This document shows, piece by piece, positions 29,190-40,045 of a DNA stretch of 64,000 bases. The position numbers were made by a program, and so were the translations under genes. Numbering within the stretch: position 1 is the first letter of the stretch; the number at the start of each line of letters is the position of its first letter. The notes below the pieces were generated by a model that worked only from the letters and a program-made list of their open reading frames with translations, made no database searches and was not told the DNA's origin. Source of the DNA: an uncultured Bacteroidota bacterium (GTDB lineage: Bacteria > Bacteroidota > Ignavibacteria > UBA10030 > UBA8401); the NCBI GenBank assembly GCA_963827085.1, contig CAWGZY010000003.1, positions 1,372,856-1,436,855 on the forward strand. The letters run 5' to 3'.

Positions 29190-29216
29190 AGCCTGCAGTC
29201 CACGAGAGACTGCAGG
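29190..29216. other. Perfect 10-bp hairpin GCCTGCAGTC - cacgaga - GACTGCAGGC, member of the CCTGCAG-stem family
   Basis: It lies 38 nt downstream of the stop of 29255..30997 (minus strand). It shares its stem sequence with the hairpins at 14554 and 24053. Confidence 0.4.
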
Positions 29217-29254
29217 CATAATCCATCACTTCAGGAGGAGAAAATATGAACGAC

Positions 29255-30997
29255 CTATTTAAGAAGAAGCATTTTTTTCGTTAACGAGAAATTACCAGCC
29301 TGGATCTGATAGAAATAAACCCCGCTTGATAATCTTGAAGCATCGAAGCTGACCGTATACTTGCTGGCCTTTTGTTCTTGACTAACCAAGGATGCAACTT
29401 CCTGGCCTAACAGGTTGTACACTTTAAGAGTGACAAAACTAGCGCGAGGAATACTGTATTCAATCGTTGTCGTCGGATTGAAAGGATTCGGATAGTTTTG
29501 GCTTAATGCGAAACTCATCGGCACTGAATTGGTTTTTTCAGCGACGCCTGTCAGTTGTTCCGGGAACCAGTTCAGGTCGCCCAGTGCTTTTCCGTCTGTA
29601 CCTGCATGTTGCAGGGCCGTATTGGAATAGCGCAGATTCTCTTGGACAGGGTAGCCTTGAGTTGTCGCCCAATTGCTCGGAACATTCGCAAACTTATTTG
29701 AAGGATCGGTGCTGTATAAGAAGGGACGATCACCACTGCCGCCTCCCGTATTCCAGATCGTATTGACAAAATGGACCATGCTGTCGGCGGCATTGGTTAC
29801 CAGCGTAGCATTGAATCCCGGATCGGTACTGTCATTGTTCGTTATGCTTATTCCCGGCCATCGAGTGCGGTCGGTGAGGATGGCTGGATCCGTTGACGCC
29901 TGCCAGATTGTTGGCACAATCTGACCGTAGGTGGTGCCGCTGCCGTTGGTATTGAGTGCCGCCCAGTTGTCAATAATAGGCTGCGGCCAGAAATATGCAT
30001 TCTTCGTAACGAGCACGCTTCTCATCGCTTCCGTTATGTTATAGGGAGGTCCTTTCAATGTGCTCAACGAGTCTAACTCGATAACCGCCGGCGCAGTATA
30101 AAAATTAGCATTGTAGACTGCCACGTCGTTCACATGCGCAGAATCCAGGCCCGCTGAATTCACGCCATAGTAGATGTTGTTTCTTATTATTGCGTTCCAT
30201 AACTGCGGAATAGTAAAGGCTCCGCCTTTTGTCGTCATAAACACGGTGTTGTGTTCAAAGCGAATGTAACCGCAGTATCCGCCGGAGCCGATGCATGTTC
30301 CGCCGAAGATAAAGAACGTGTTATTAACAAAGACGGCGGTATCCAATGGATAGGTTCCCGGGTCTACCCAGGCAATACCGGGATTTTGCGGTACGTCATC
30401 CTGGTTGTTTCTGAATTCGTTGTTTGTGACATACAGGTTGATATGCTGGGTATTCCACGTATTGACGATGTTTGGAGTACCGCCAGATCCGATATTTTCA
30501 ATAACACAATGGTCGATATAGTACGTCACACTATCTCCACCCGCACCAAAGCAGATACCCGTGACTGATGATCCGTCAGTTCGTGTACCTAAGATGTACA
30601 GACCTTTAACGGAAACTGTGTCGCCGCCCAGAGGGTTGAAAAATGTTCCGACCGAGGAGTTGTCCGCGGCGATCATCGGCTCAAGCACAGGAGGATGTCC
30701 TGTCACTGGATTAATTTTTCCAACAAGGTGCAAGTTCGCTCTCATCTGTATGGCGGATGTAAGAAAATAAACGGTATCTGTCGCGCCCGTCTGTTGCAGA
30801 ACGTACACACGGTTAGGGTTCACTCGCAGCCCGTTTGCAAGAGTATCACCCATAATGACGCTGTTGAGGTTTCCCGGCGGCAGTGCTGCCACAACAACGG
30901 AATCAACGGCTTGCGCAAATGATACGGATGGCGCCATGAACAGCATCATCACCGCAATCAAAAATGTAAATATTAATTTCGTTTTCATTATATGCAT
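29255..30997 (-). CDS. Secreted right-handed beta-helix-like protein (uncharacterized family) with T9SS C-terminal sorting domain
   Basis: It has a signal peptide. Repetitive N-rich rungs (VTNNEFRNN, FVNNTFFIF, IRNNIYYG) suggest an asparagine ladder. It is paralogous to 53701..55236; both share GDTLANG...NRVYVL near the N-terminus and GDLNWFPEQL near the C-terminus. The C-terminus is QNYPNPFNPTTTIEYSI...GVYFYQIQ. Confidence 0.75.
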   Translation of the reverse strand: MHIMKTKLIFTFLIAVMMLFMAPSVSFAQAVDSVVVAALPPGNLNSVIMGDTLANGLRVNPNRVYVLQQTGATDTVYFLTSAIQMRANLHLVGKINPVTGHPPVLEPMIAADNSSVGTFFNPLGGDTVSVKGLYILGTRTDGSSVTGICFGAGGDSVTYYIDHCVIENIGSGGTPNIVNTWNTQHINLYVTNNEFRNNQDDVPQNPGIAWVDPGTYPLDTAVFVNNTFFIFGGTCIGSGGYCGYIRFEHNTVFMTTKGGAFTIPQLWNAIIRNNIYYGVNSAGLDSAHVNDVAVYNANFYTAPAVIELDSLSTLKGPPYNITEAMRSVLVTKNAYFWPQPIIDNWAALNTNGSGTTYGQIVPTIWQASTDPAILTDRTRWPGISITNNDSTDPGFNATLVTNAADSMVHFVNTIWNTGGGSGDRPFLYSTDPSNKFANVPSNWATTQGYPVQENLRYSNTALQHAGTDGKALGDLNWFPEQLTGVAEKTNSVPMSFALSQNYPNPFNPTTTIEYSIPRASFVTLKVYNLLGQEVASLVSQEQKASKYTVSFDASRLSSGVYFYQIQAGNFSLTKKMLLLK

Positions 30998-31175
30998 CCT
31001 TTCGGTTGAAGTTCATATTGGTATTACCCATAGCATATTGTTCCATAAATCTCGTAATCTCTTCTTGACTACCATTACCGAATCGGCACGTAGATACTTT
31101 GTGAATAATACTGAGTTTAAGTGGATGTTGTTTTCTTCATGCCCTTCCTTTCTGTTTGAGTTCATGGTTCGTTGA

Positions 31176-34148
31176 TTAAAGTAGTTTCCACCTGAGTCCT
31201 ATGTCGGCAGTCAGCCCATAATCCTGTTCCGACGTTGGAAAGCCCGATCCTCGAATGAGGTAGATATCATTTTCGCTGTTGAGGTTATTAACGTCTACGT
31301 AAAGCTCAACCCCAAGCCAAGGCAGCCCTTGTTTCGCGGAAAGGTCCCATCGCACATACTTTGCTTTGTCAGAGCGCATTGAGTTGTAAAAATTCGTGGC
31401 ATTATAAACGCTCGCCTGATAGATCATGGATACCAGAACGGAGAATTTTCTATAGTCATATCCGACCGAAAGGTTGACGATATCTTTTGGCTGGTTGATG
31501 AGTTGGTCGACATAAAATGTGTCAATATGCACCGGTATGTAATTAGGCGGGGGAACCTCGGTATTTACATACGGATAGTCTGCGGTCGTGAAGATGTGGC
31601 TATAGTTGACATTCATTACTAATCCGTTTAAAGGATTTGGCAAATACCAAAAATGGGTCTGCCACTCTCCCTCAATACCTTTGACCGTAACCTGAAACGG
31701 ATCGTTGATAAAGGTGTTGATCGACTTTCCTGTGGAGTTATTCGGAATCCCCGGATACGCCGCAGAATTGGCTATGAAGCTAGACTGACTGAATATCAAA
31801 TTATCAATGTCTTTGATGAAGCCGCCGGCAGTCAACAACCCGATATTATTATCATACACCGAAAGTTGCAGATCGTAATTTTTGGACAGCGCGGGTTTTA
31901 AAGCGTAGTTGTTCCAGGTGATCGACGTGCTGTAGACGTCCAAAATAGGTATGATGGTATTGAAAGCAGGATACGAAAGCGTGTTGGTGTACGCCAACCG
32001 GGCATTTAACCAAGAAAGCGGATTGTATTTCAAAATCACGTCCGGCAGCCAATATCCATGATACTCGTAGACCGTCGAGTCTGTGTGAGGAAGCGTATTC
32101 GGATAAGGATTTGTGGCGCTCGCGTTTAAAAAATGCGCGGCAGTATATGATGTCGCAAGGCCCTGATACCGGACACCTCCGATAATACTTATATCGCTGC
32201 CGACATTCGCGGAAGCCATAGCATATCCGGCATCGCGGCGCTCTAATCCGTTATAGTCATTATCAAGGCTCCCCAGGACATCAGGAATGTACGGGTTAAC
32301 GCCCCCCGATCCGGAGGTCTTAATACCTTTGCCAAAACCTACGATATTGTCCATCACCGACGAGATGAGGCCAATATTTGCGGCGTTGTTCATTGGATAA
32401 TTTCCGTTGAGATAATTCCCGAACTTCATGCTGGGCAGCAAGAACATGCTGATAGGAAGCTCCTGCGTGCCATTGGGATTGAGGTTATACGGCGGCTGCG
32501 CCATCCACGGGTTTTCCTGGATGATGAGTTGACGAACCTGGTTAGTGAGAGGAAATGCCCCAAATATATTGCCGGACCCTCCGTCGTAGTTATAGTAGCG
32601 GTCGGTGTACTTGAACGATCCCCCCGCCTTAAATGTAACGGCAACCAGGTCCGAAAAGTTAACGCCTCTTTCTAAATCAACCGATCCTCCGAGATTTCTC
32701 TGCTTGTTAAAACTTTCCCATGTGCTGTTATACCGAAAGGTCATAGTGTTAAAATTGACAAGGGGTGCAGCGGCACTAGCGATAGCTTCCGGGCTTAGTT
32801 TAGGATTTAGGTTTCCAACGCCTGCGGAGGTCTGGTCAAAACTCATCCACCAATTATCGGGCGAAACATTCTCCGAGTACGAGTGGGACAACGTTGCTTT
32901 GATCTTGGTGGAATATAATGTCTGCTCATAGTTGAGAATATTTGTAATGACATTGAGGATATTGTGTGAATTTTGGACTTCATACTGTATGTCGTTGCCG
33001 TAATTCTGGAGGTCATACGTCTCACGGTAGTACTGAGTGTTTGTTTTCTCCTGGCTTATGAGATTCGTTAAGGCAATTTTTCCGTCGGGCAATTTATAGT
33101 CCAAAACAAGTGTGCCGTTGTATCGGGTTTGATCTCTCGGATAAAAATAAAGATCCAAACTGCCGAGCGATACGACATCGGGATGTAAAATCTTGTCCTG
33201 CAGATAATACGTTCCTCCAAGTTCATCCGATGTGTGGTTGGATCTGTCGACAATTCCCTGCGCAAAGACTCCAAGGCGGTCGTCGAAGTATCTATCCTCT
33301 ACGCTGGCGACATATTTGTAATTGTTATAAGAAGAAATAATATTATTATATCCTCCTTGAACAAGAAGTGAGACCAACGGCACGTCCGTGGAAGATGCTT
33401 TGGCTTCTTTGATGTCGAAATTCACCGTTCCTCCCAGCACGGCAGCATCCATGTCGGGTGTAACAGTCTTCGACACTTCAATGCCCTCCACCATATTTGA
33501 TGATATCATGCTCAAGTCTGTGCCCCTGTCGCCCGAGTTGGTCGGAGGTATTTCAACCCCGTCAATCGTTATCATGTTGTACTGAGGTGAAAGCCCGCGG
33601 ATGACGATTTGTGTCGCTTCACCCCCCGATCGAATCAGCGAAACACCCGGCAACCGTCCGATCGATTCCGCCGCGTTTGCATCCGGCAACTCTTGGATAC
33701 GAGCGGCTGAAACGACGTTCTCAATATTCGCAGAGGTCAATTGTTGATTGATGGCTCCATTCTGACCGCTCGCCTGGGCTGTGACAACGACCTCCTGTCC
33801 CTGAATTGCCTGGGGCGACAAACGGAATTCCTTTTGAATGACACTATTTTCAGAAACTTTCACTTCCTCGGTGATTGTTTGATATCCTATGTACGAAATC
33901 TTTAATGTCTGTTGTCCCTCGGGCACATTATAGATCGCTATCAAGCCGTCAATATCTGCTGCAGACCCCAAACTTGTATTGAGAACAACAACGTTCGCTC
34001 CGACAAGCGGCTCGCCCGTGGCTTTATCTACAACAACACCCTTGACAGTGCCAAACCCTGCGGCATACGAAGTGTGAAAGGTCAAAGAAAATGCTACTAC
34101 CAGAACACAAATAAGTGAACCCCGAAAACAAGTTGTACCAGTAGACAT
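31176..34148 (-). CDS. TonB-dependent outer-membrane receptor with N-terminal carboxypeptidase-regulatory-like domain; no SusD-like partner downstream
   Basis: It has a signal peptide. The CarbopepD_reg-like segment is GTVKGVVVDKATGEPLVGANVVVLNTSLGSAADIDGLIAIYNVPEGQQTLKISYIGY. A plug domain and a roughly 700-aa barrel follow. Confidence 0.9.
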   Translation of the reverse strand: MSTGTTCFRGSLICVLVVAFSLTFHTSYAAGFGTVKGVVVDKATGEPLVGANVVVLNTSLGSAADIDGLIAIYNVPEGQQTLKISYIGYQTITEEVKVSENSVIQKEFRLSPQAIQGQEVVVTAQASGQNGAINQQLTSANIENVVSAARIQELPDANAAESIGRLPGVSLIRSGGEATQIVIRGLSPQYNMITIDGVEIPPTNSGDRGTDLSMISSNMVEGIEVSKTVTPDMDAAVLGGTVNFDIKEAKASSTDVPLVSLLVQGGYNNIISSYNNYKYVASVEDRYFDDRLGVFAQGIVDRSNHTSDELGGTYYLQDKILHPDVVSLGSLDLYFYPRDQTRYNGTLVLDYKLPDGKIALTNLISQEKTNTQYYRETYDLQNYGNDIQYEVQNSHNILNVITNILNYEQTLYSTKIKATLSHSYSENVSPDNWWMSFDQTSAGVGNLNPKLSPEAIASAAAPLVNFNTMTFRYNSTWESFNKQRNLGGSVDLERGVNFSDLVAVTFKAGGSFKYTDRYYNYDGGSGNIFGAFPLTNQVRQLIIQENPWMAQPPYNLNPNGTQELPISMFLLPSMKFGNYLNGNYPMNNAANIGLISSVMDNIVGFGKGIKTSGSGGVNPYIPDVLGSLDNDYNGLERRDAGYAMASANVGSDISIIGGVRYQGLATSYTAAHFLNASATNPYPNTLPHTDSTVYEYHGYWLPDVILKYNPLSWLNARLAYTNTLSYPAFNTIIPILDVYSTSITWNNYALKPALSKNYDLQLSVYDNNIGLLTAGGFIKDIDNLIFSQSSFIANSAAYPGIPNNSTGKSINTFINDPFQVTVKGIEGEWQTHFWYLPNPLNGLVMNVNYSHIFTTADYPYVNTEVPPPNYIPVHIDTFYVDQLINQPKDIVNLSVGYDYRKFSVLVSMIYQASVYNATNFYNSMRSDKAKYVRWDLSAKQGLPWLGVELYVDVNNLNSENDIYLIRGSGFPTSEQDYGLTADIGLRWKLL

Positions 34149-34421
34149 TTTTATTCTCCTTATGATTTCTTGAAAGGTTTTTAGTTTTGTAGAAGCCTTC
34201 CCAGAAAGAAGTAATTCGCTGAAATCTCGTTCTCAATTGTTGCGACAATCTGCCATCCTCACACGTCTATCTCATGATCCTGAGGATGTTGTTTCACTCT
34301 CACACCTTCTCTTTCAGTCAGTTACCTTTCTTGAGTAATACGGCTTCAATGATATAATCATGAATTGCGGGACAACCGCGAATGTTTAGTTCTAACTTCA
34401 TGGCGTCTCAGGTTTCTTCCG

Positions 34422-34433
34422 GCAAACGTTTGC
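34422..34433. promoter_or_regulatory. Perfect 12-bp palindrome GCAAACGTTTGC (LacI/PurR-type operator-like), site 1 in the receptor leader
   Basis: It is 274 nt upstream of the TonB-dependent receptor ATG (34148). A second near-identical site lies 90 bp away. Confidence 0.35.
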
Positions 34434-34511
34434 ATAAACCGTCCCAAAAAACTTCGAGTTAATGCCTTATACTATTTGTGCCATCTGGCGAGTTTTTATA
34501 CAATCGTTACC

Positions 34512-34523
34512 GCAAACGTTTGT
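34512..34523. promoter_or_regulatory. Near-palindrome GCAAACGTTTGT, site 2 of the pair in the receptor leader
   Basis: It matches site 1 at 11 of 12 positions, and the flanks are also similar (cGCAAACGTTTG). Confidence 0.3.
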
Positions 34524-34967
34524 ATTGCTAAATTCAAATCTCCAATCGGAAATCTAAACTTCTTCAATGTTACATGGTCTGTAAGAACAACTCGGTTACT
34601 AATCCCATCGCAGATCAGACGATTGCAGGTTTTTTTTGGGCTTCAAATGCAGCGATCAACACTTGGATTGCACGGTAAGCAATATGAAATTGAACTCATT
34701 TTAAACAAATTGAACCGATTCATAAGTTAATAGCATTTTCTAAAAAGTCAAGCCTTTTTTTGATGAATGCCGCGCTCAGAGGAACCCTTGTAAAAACGGG
34801 GGAGTTGGCGGCATTTCTTTGCACAGTCCACCAATTCTCAGCTATTCTCAACAACCTCGCGGGGGATTTTTTAACAGACGTGGTTTCCGCCAGACCATCC
34901 ATACCATTACTTTCGACGAAATTTGACTCGGACCATGGACGAGTGACATACATAACAGTCCATCGAT

Positions 34968-36095
34968 TCACCAATTCATCCTAAGTCTGACGACCGGTAT
35001 GATGATCTCCGCCATCTTTTCCATCCCTTGAACATTGGGGTGATGGTCGCATCCCCAATCTGCATCGGTCATCACGCTTCGATTGATCTCGATGAAGAAT
35101 ACATCCTGATACCTCTTCATCCTCTTTTTCTGCTCTTCAACGACTTGCTTGATGTACCTCGTGCACGGCTCGCCGATCATCGGTCCCGAAAGGCAGAACA
35201 TCGTCACACCGGGGTATTGCGACCGAACCCGTTCGATCAATCTCATGTATGCGCTCTGAAAAACGACGCTGTCAGGATAAGGCTCCGTTGAAAAATCGTT
35301 CGTTCCAAGATTTATTACGACGGCTTGCGGCGTCCATCGGCCGAAATTCCACTTCAGCGTTGAATCAAAAAAGCAGGTGCGATCATAGAGAACAGGCATC
35401 GGATCCTGCGACACTCTGTTGCTGTCGCCGTAATTCCGCACAATGCCTCTCCCCGAATACGAAATCAGAAAATACTCGGCATTCAACGATCTCGCAGTCA
35501 CAGCAGCATAGGACATGCATGCATTTTCTGTTTGAGGGCTGAAATGGCAATCGGCACTATCTCCCTCAACCCCGTAGCCGGAGGTTATGGAATTGCCGAT
35601 GAATTCAATTCGCCGATCCGGTCGCCGATCCGGGGGCAAGAGTTTTCTTCCTTTGTCGAGAATAAATCCCATAAATTCCCCTTTGCCGACAAGCGGCTCC
35701 GTGCGTTTTTGGATCGTGACCGCATGCGGAATCGAATCGGTTAATTCCGAGGCAATATTATAGAGGGTTGTTGCCGAGTCTGTTATCAACAGCCGTGGTG
35801 CACGGTTGTCGACGATAACAGCGTACTCATTCTTTCGATCGTCCAAACGAATGGAGCAGCGTGTTCCCTCAAATCTTGTCATAACGGAAACCCCCGCCCA
35901 ATCAAAAGCAACTTTTTTTGGATTAGTGAAATCGAATCGTCCCACGTATTGAATGTTTGGGTCATCGGCATCGATAATACCAGAGTTCTCTGCTTCGTGC
36001 TTTGTGAAGTCAAAAGAGCATCGGTCGAGAAACATAGCGACGACAAAAGAGAGTGCCAGCTGCAGAAGCATTTGTCGATTGAGCTTCATTATCAT
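34968..36095 (-). CDS. CE2-like SGNH/GDSL carbohydrate esterase (acetyl-xylan-esterase-like)
   Basis: An N-terminal beta-sandwich is followed by an SGNH domain with IEFIGNSITSGYG and VVINLGTNDFS. It has a signal peptide. Confidence 0.75.
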   Translation of the reverse strand: MIMKLNRQMLLQLALSFVVAMFLDRCSFDFTKHEAENSGIIDADDPNIQYVGRFDFTNPKKVAFDWAGVSVMTRFEGTRCSIRLDDRKNEYAVIVDNRAPRLLITDSATTLYNIASELTDSIPHAVTIQKRTEPLVGKGEFMGFILDKGRKLLPPDRRPDRRIEFIGNSITSGYGVEGDSADCHFSPQTENACMSYAAVTARSLNAEYFLISYSGRGIVRNYGDSNRVSQDPMPVLYDRTCFFDSTLKWNFGRWTPQAVVINLGTNDFSTEPYPDSVVFQSAYMRLIERVRSQYPGVTMFCLSGPMIGEPCTRYIKQVVEEQKKRMKRYQDVFFIEINRSVMTDADWGCDHHPNVQGMEKMAEIIIPVVRLRMNW

Positions 36096-36231
36096 CGTTG
36101 TTCCTGTTGGCGTACTGTTAATGCCGTCTCAAAAAATAAACAGTGCATTTTTCATCCGTGGTCGCAATCTTGACGACTCCCGAGGATCAGGATGATCTTA
36201 CAGGATTATTTACCGGAGACGTACTAGAGTG

Positions 36232-36246
36232 TGTTTCAGTGAAACA
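36232..36246. promoter_or_regulatory. Perfect 7-N-7 palindrome TGTTTCAgTGAAACA overlapping the GH51 stop codon, 137 nt upstream of the CE2 esterase start
   Basis: Read directly from the sequence. It may be an operator or a short structured element between co-directional genes. Confidence 0.25.
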
Positions 36247-38218
36247 ACATCACTGTGGGGATAATTTGTTTAGTGAGCCCGGGTCCTTCGATACGTGCAT
36301 CAAGCGTTTTCCCTCCCGACGCTTGGAAGAATCGCACACACACTTCATGAAAACCGGCCCTCAACACAACCGTACCGGATTGTTCCTGCGCTGCATGGCG
36401 GCCGTCGTTATCGACAACAAGGCTCTTGTCGATCGATAAGTCGGCACCGTCGTCAGAAATAAGGGAGAACGTGTACAATCCATCCGCAGGAACCTTGATG
36501 TATCCTCGGTATTGAACTGCAAAATCTTCCCCGGAATTTTTTTGGGGAATTACGAACTGTTCAATCACGCCCGAGCGCTTCGGGGAGAGAGAGTCGAAGG
36601 CCGGAAGCCATTCCCAGCTCCCTTCGTAATAATCGTATGCGACACCCGGCCTGGGGTTTTTCATCTCGATGCCGGGACTCAATTCGACCGTCCCTTCCAA
36701 TTCGAGCACGACAACCGACATAGGGGGAAGGGTGGCCTCCAGGCCTTTATCCACCAGCTTGAAATCTGAAAATTCACGCGGGACAACGACGTCCGGTGTG
36801 TCGAACGTGTTGTGCGCGCTCATGATGTTCGCCGTCAGAATTTGACCCGATGCCCTTTTTGCAGAAAATTTTTCCATTTTACATGCGACTCGTCGCTGAG
36901 ATTTCGGATCGATATTACAGAATGTGACATGCATAGTGCCTTTATCATCGATCGAAGCGGAACAATTCACCGCCGGAAGTTTCTGTTCGCCGAAAATATA
37001 ATCGGAGGACTCTGTTTTCGTCTTCACCCATAGAGCATCCTGGTGAATCTTGAACATCTCAAACACATAGTAGGTAGGCGTCAGGACGATCTTCTCTCCC
37101 TTTGTAAGAATCATTGCCTGCAGCACGTTGACGGTCTGTGCAATGTTTGCCATCCGGACACGGTCGCAATGATTGTTGAGAATATTCAGGTTGGACGCCG
37201 CGGCTACCGCATCGCGCATCGTGTTTTGTTGATAAAGGAAAGCCGGATTTGTTCCGGGTTCAACCCCATGCCATGTTCCCCATTCATCGACAACCAGCGC
37301 AATCTTTTTGTTCGGGTCAGCGTTATCCATGATGGCGCTGTGCCTGGTAAGATATTCATCCATCTTCAGAGTTTTCTTGAGAACATCGAACCATCCGCTC
37401 TCATCGAAGTCGGCAGCAATTTTGCCGTCGCCGAAGGAATAGTGGTGCAGCGAGAGCCCGTCCATATATCCATAAGCGTTTTTCATCATGACATCGGTCC
37501 ACTCGTAGTCATCGTCGGGCGGGCCGCAAGCGATCTTGAACACTTTGTTCTTCCCGTAGTTGCGGCAGAACGTCCCGTACTTTCTCATCTGGTCGGCGTA
37601 AAATGCCGGCCTCATATTTCCGCCGCATCCCCAGCTCTCGTTCCCAATTCCCCAATACTGAACCCCCCACGAACTATCCCTTCCATTCTTCTTGCGTAAT
37701 TCAGTGATCGGGCTGCCGTTATCCGAATTGACATACTCAACCCATTGCGATAACTCTTGCACTGTCCCGCTCCCCACGTTTCCGCAAATATATGCATCGC
37801 AGCCGAGCTGTCTGCACAACTCCATGAACTCGTGAGTGCCGAAGCTGTTGCTTTCCGTCACGCCCCCCCAATTCGTATTGACCATCGACGGACGTTTGTC
37901 GCGCGGACCGATACCGTCTTTCCAATGATACTCATCTGCAAAACAGCCGCCGGGCCATCGCAGCACGGGAACCTTGATTTGCCTCAATGCCTCAACGACA
38001 TCGTTTCGAATTCCGTTTGTGTTTGGGATCGTCGAGTTCTCGCCAACCCAAATGCCGCCATAAATACCGCCGCCAAGATGCTCCGAGAATTGCCCGTAAA
38101 TATTTTTGTTGATTTTTACTTTCAGCTGCGAAGCATCAATGACAACTTTGCTTTCCGGTGTCTGTGCATTCGCAGAAAGAGACAAAATCAGCACTGCTGC
38201 TGCAATAAAGATCTTCAT
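36236..38218 (-). CDS. GH51 alpha-L-arabinofuranosidase with C-terminal PA14 domain
   Basis: GH51 motifs are [34 protein letters not shown] and [14 protein letters not shown]. The C-terminal PA14 is [18 protein letters not shown]...[41 protein letters not shown]. Start taken at the signal peptide [19 protein letters not shown] (38218); the ORF opens at 38263. Confidence 0.9.
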   Translation of the reverse strand: MKIFIAAAVLILSLSANAQTPESKVVIDASQLKVKINKNIYGQFSEHLGGGIYGGIWVGENSTIPNTNGIRNDVVEALRQIKVPVLRWPGGCFADEYHWKDGIGPRDKRPSMVNTNWGGVTESNSFGTHEFMELCRQLGCDAYICGNVGSGTVQELSQWVEYVNSDNGSPITELRKKNGRDSSWGVQYWGIGNESWGCGGNMRPAFYADQMRKYGTFCRNYGKNKVFKIACGPPDDDYEWTDVMMKNAYGYMDGLSLHHYSFGDGKIAADFDESGWFDVLKKTLKMDEYLTRHSAIMDNADPNKKIALVVDEWGTWHGVEPGTNPAFLYQQNTMRDAVAAASNLNILNNHCDRVRMANIAQTVNVLQAMILTKGEKIVLTPTYYVFEMFKIHQDALWVKTKTESSDYIFGEQKLPAVNCSASIDDKGTMHVTFCNIDPKSQRRVACKMEKFSAKRASGQILTANIMSAHNTFDTPDVVVPREFSDFKLVDKGLEATLPPMSVVVLELEGTVELSPGIEMKNPRPGVAYDYYEGSWEWLPAFDSLSPKRSGVIEQFVIPQKNSGEDFAVQYRGYIKVPADGLYTFSLISDDGADLSIDKSLVVDNDGRHAAQEQSGTVVLRAGFHEVCVRFFQASGGKTLDARIEGPGLTKQIIPTVMLFH

Positions 38219-38265
38219 AAAGAGCACCTTTCTTGAACGAGACGTATTCCATTTCCACGGCATGA

Positions 38266-39891
38266 TCAGCCGGCGACGCCGAATGGCGAGAAGTATATGA
38301 ATACGGCGATAATAAAAACGATGATCACCAACGATAGGACAACGTCTGTTCTGTTCCAGCTGGCACGGGATTTTGCCTTGTCTGCGGCAACCGTTGTCGC
38401 ATACGTAAGTCCGTTCAATTGCGACTCAGATGGCTTCTCGGTCAGAAGGCTCACGACGACCAGCAAGGCAACAGAAAAGACGAAGAGAAAAATGCAGAAA
38501 TAGAGAAAATTCACTGTTGCAAATGTGTAGAGAATTCCGCTCAAATGGGTCTTCAGCAATTCGAGAACGATGCGAAGAATTCCGATAATGAAACCGACCA
38601 CCATCGTCGTCAACGCTCCCTTGCCATTGATGCGTTTTGAAAAAACGCCAAGCAAAAACACGGCAGCGATGGGCGGTGCGAGATAGGATTGCACACTCTG
38701 CAGGTATTGATAGAGAATATCGGAAATTCCTTTCATCATCGGAATCCACGCCATGCCCAGAACAACGACAACTGCCGTCGTGATGCGCCCTACTCTGACT
38801 AATTCCTTGTCCGTCGTTTGCGGTTTGATTTTTTGATAAATGTCGAGCGTGAAAAGCGTCGAGCATGCATTGTACACTGAAGCTAGCGAACTCATCAATG
38901 CAGCGAGAATGCCCCCCGCAAGAATACCGCGCAACCCAACGGGCAGCAGCGTCTTCACCAGCGTCGGAAATGCCTGATCGGATTGAGGCAGCTGGATTCT
39001 GCCGGAATTTGCCAGCGCGTACGCTATAAGCCCCGGGATCATAAAAATAAAAAACGGAAGAAGCTTCAGATACGCCGCGAAAATTGTCCCTCTTCTCGCC
39101 TGCTGCTCATTCCGTCCTGCAAGGCATCGCTGCACAATGTGCTGGTCGGTGCACCAATACCAGATGCCGACAATCGGAGATGCAAATAAGATACCCAGCC
39201 ACGGAAAATCCGGGTGTGAGAGGGGGAGAAACATATTCAAGTGATCCTTCGTCACGGAATGGACAAGGTTGTTCCAGCCGCCTATTTCCACGAGCCCTGA
39301 AATGGTGAGAATGATTGAACCGCCCAGAAGAACGATCGCTTGAAGTGCCTCGGTATACATCACGGCATGCAGTCCGCCGAAAATTGTATAGAGTCCGGTA
39401 ATCGCGATCAGAACGACTGCCCCGGTCCAGAAATCGACTCCTAAGAATGAGTTGAAGACGACGGCGCCTGCATAGATTGTCACGGACACTTTTGCTATAA
39501 CATAACTGAGGAGCTGCACAATGGAAAGAAGCCAGCGGGTTTTGTCGTTGTAACGGCGCTCGAGAAATTCCGGCATCGTGAAAACCTGGCTGCGCATGTA
39601 GAACGGAACAAACACCCATCCAAGCATGAGCACGATCCAGGAATGGAGTTCATAATGTCCCATAGCCAAACCGGATTTTGCCCCGGTACCGGCGAGCCCA
39701 ACGATGTGCTCCGAACCGACATTTGAGGCTAAAATGGACGCTCCAATAACAAACCAACCGAGATTTCTATTGGCCAGAAAATAGTCGGTAGGAGTGTCTT
39801 TCTTTTTCCTGATTGACCAAACCGAAATTCCGGCGATAACAACAAAATAAAGAGCAACCACAACCCAGTCGATGGCGCCAAGGATTTCCAT
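38266..39891 (-). CDS. Sodium:solute symporter (SSS/SGLT family) sugar transporter
   Basis: It is multi-pass with SSS motifs [35 protein letters not shown]. Confidence 0.9.
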   Translation of the reverse strand: MEILGAIDWVVVALYFVVIAGISVWSIRKKKDTPTDYFLANRNLGWFVIGASILASNVGSEHIVGLAGTGAKSGLAMGHYELHSWIVLMLGWVFVPFYMRSQVFTMPEFLERRYNDKTRWLLSIVQLLSYVIAKVSVTIYAGAVVFNSFLGVDFWTGAVVLIAITGLYTIFGGLHAVMYTEALQAIVLLGGSIILTISGLVEIGGWNNLVHSVTKDHLNMFLPLSHPDFPWLGILFASPIVGIWYWCTDQHIVQRCLAGRNEQQARRGTIFAAYLKLLPFFIFMIPGLIAYALANSGRIQLPQSDQAFPTLVKTLLPVGLRGILAGGILAALMSSLASVYNACSTLFTLDIYQKIKPQTTDKELVRVGRITTAVVVVLGMAWIPMMKGISDILYQYLQSVQSYLAPPIAAVFLLGVFSKRINGKGALTTMVVGFIIGILRIVLELLKTHLSGILYTFATVNFLYFCIFLFVFSVALLVVVSLLTEKPSESQLNGLTYATTVAADKAKSRASWNRTDVVLSLVIIVFIIAVFIYFSPFGVAG

Positions 39892-40045
39892 GTGATTTCC
39901 TTTCGTAATATTAGTTGCTGATGGTAAATATTGAACTATCCACGAAGTTCATGAGGAAAATAAATTCTCTTGTGAAAGGATAACCTGACTGCTCAGAAAG
40001 TAATCTTCATCTTCGTGTCTTTTCGTGTTCTTCATGGATATGGTA

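Noticed and set aside
29246-29284. Plus-strand 12-codon mini-ORF with strong AGGAGG Shine-Dalgarno overlapping the 3' end of gene 29255..30997
   Set aside because: It is too short and unconserved to call. The SD-like string is probably fortuitous.
30997-31176. A SusD-like lipoprotein immediately downstream of the TonB-dependent receptor
   Set aside because: The next gene (29255..30997) is a beta-helix T9SS protein. No tetratricopeptide or SusD-like sequence is present.
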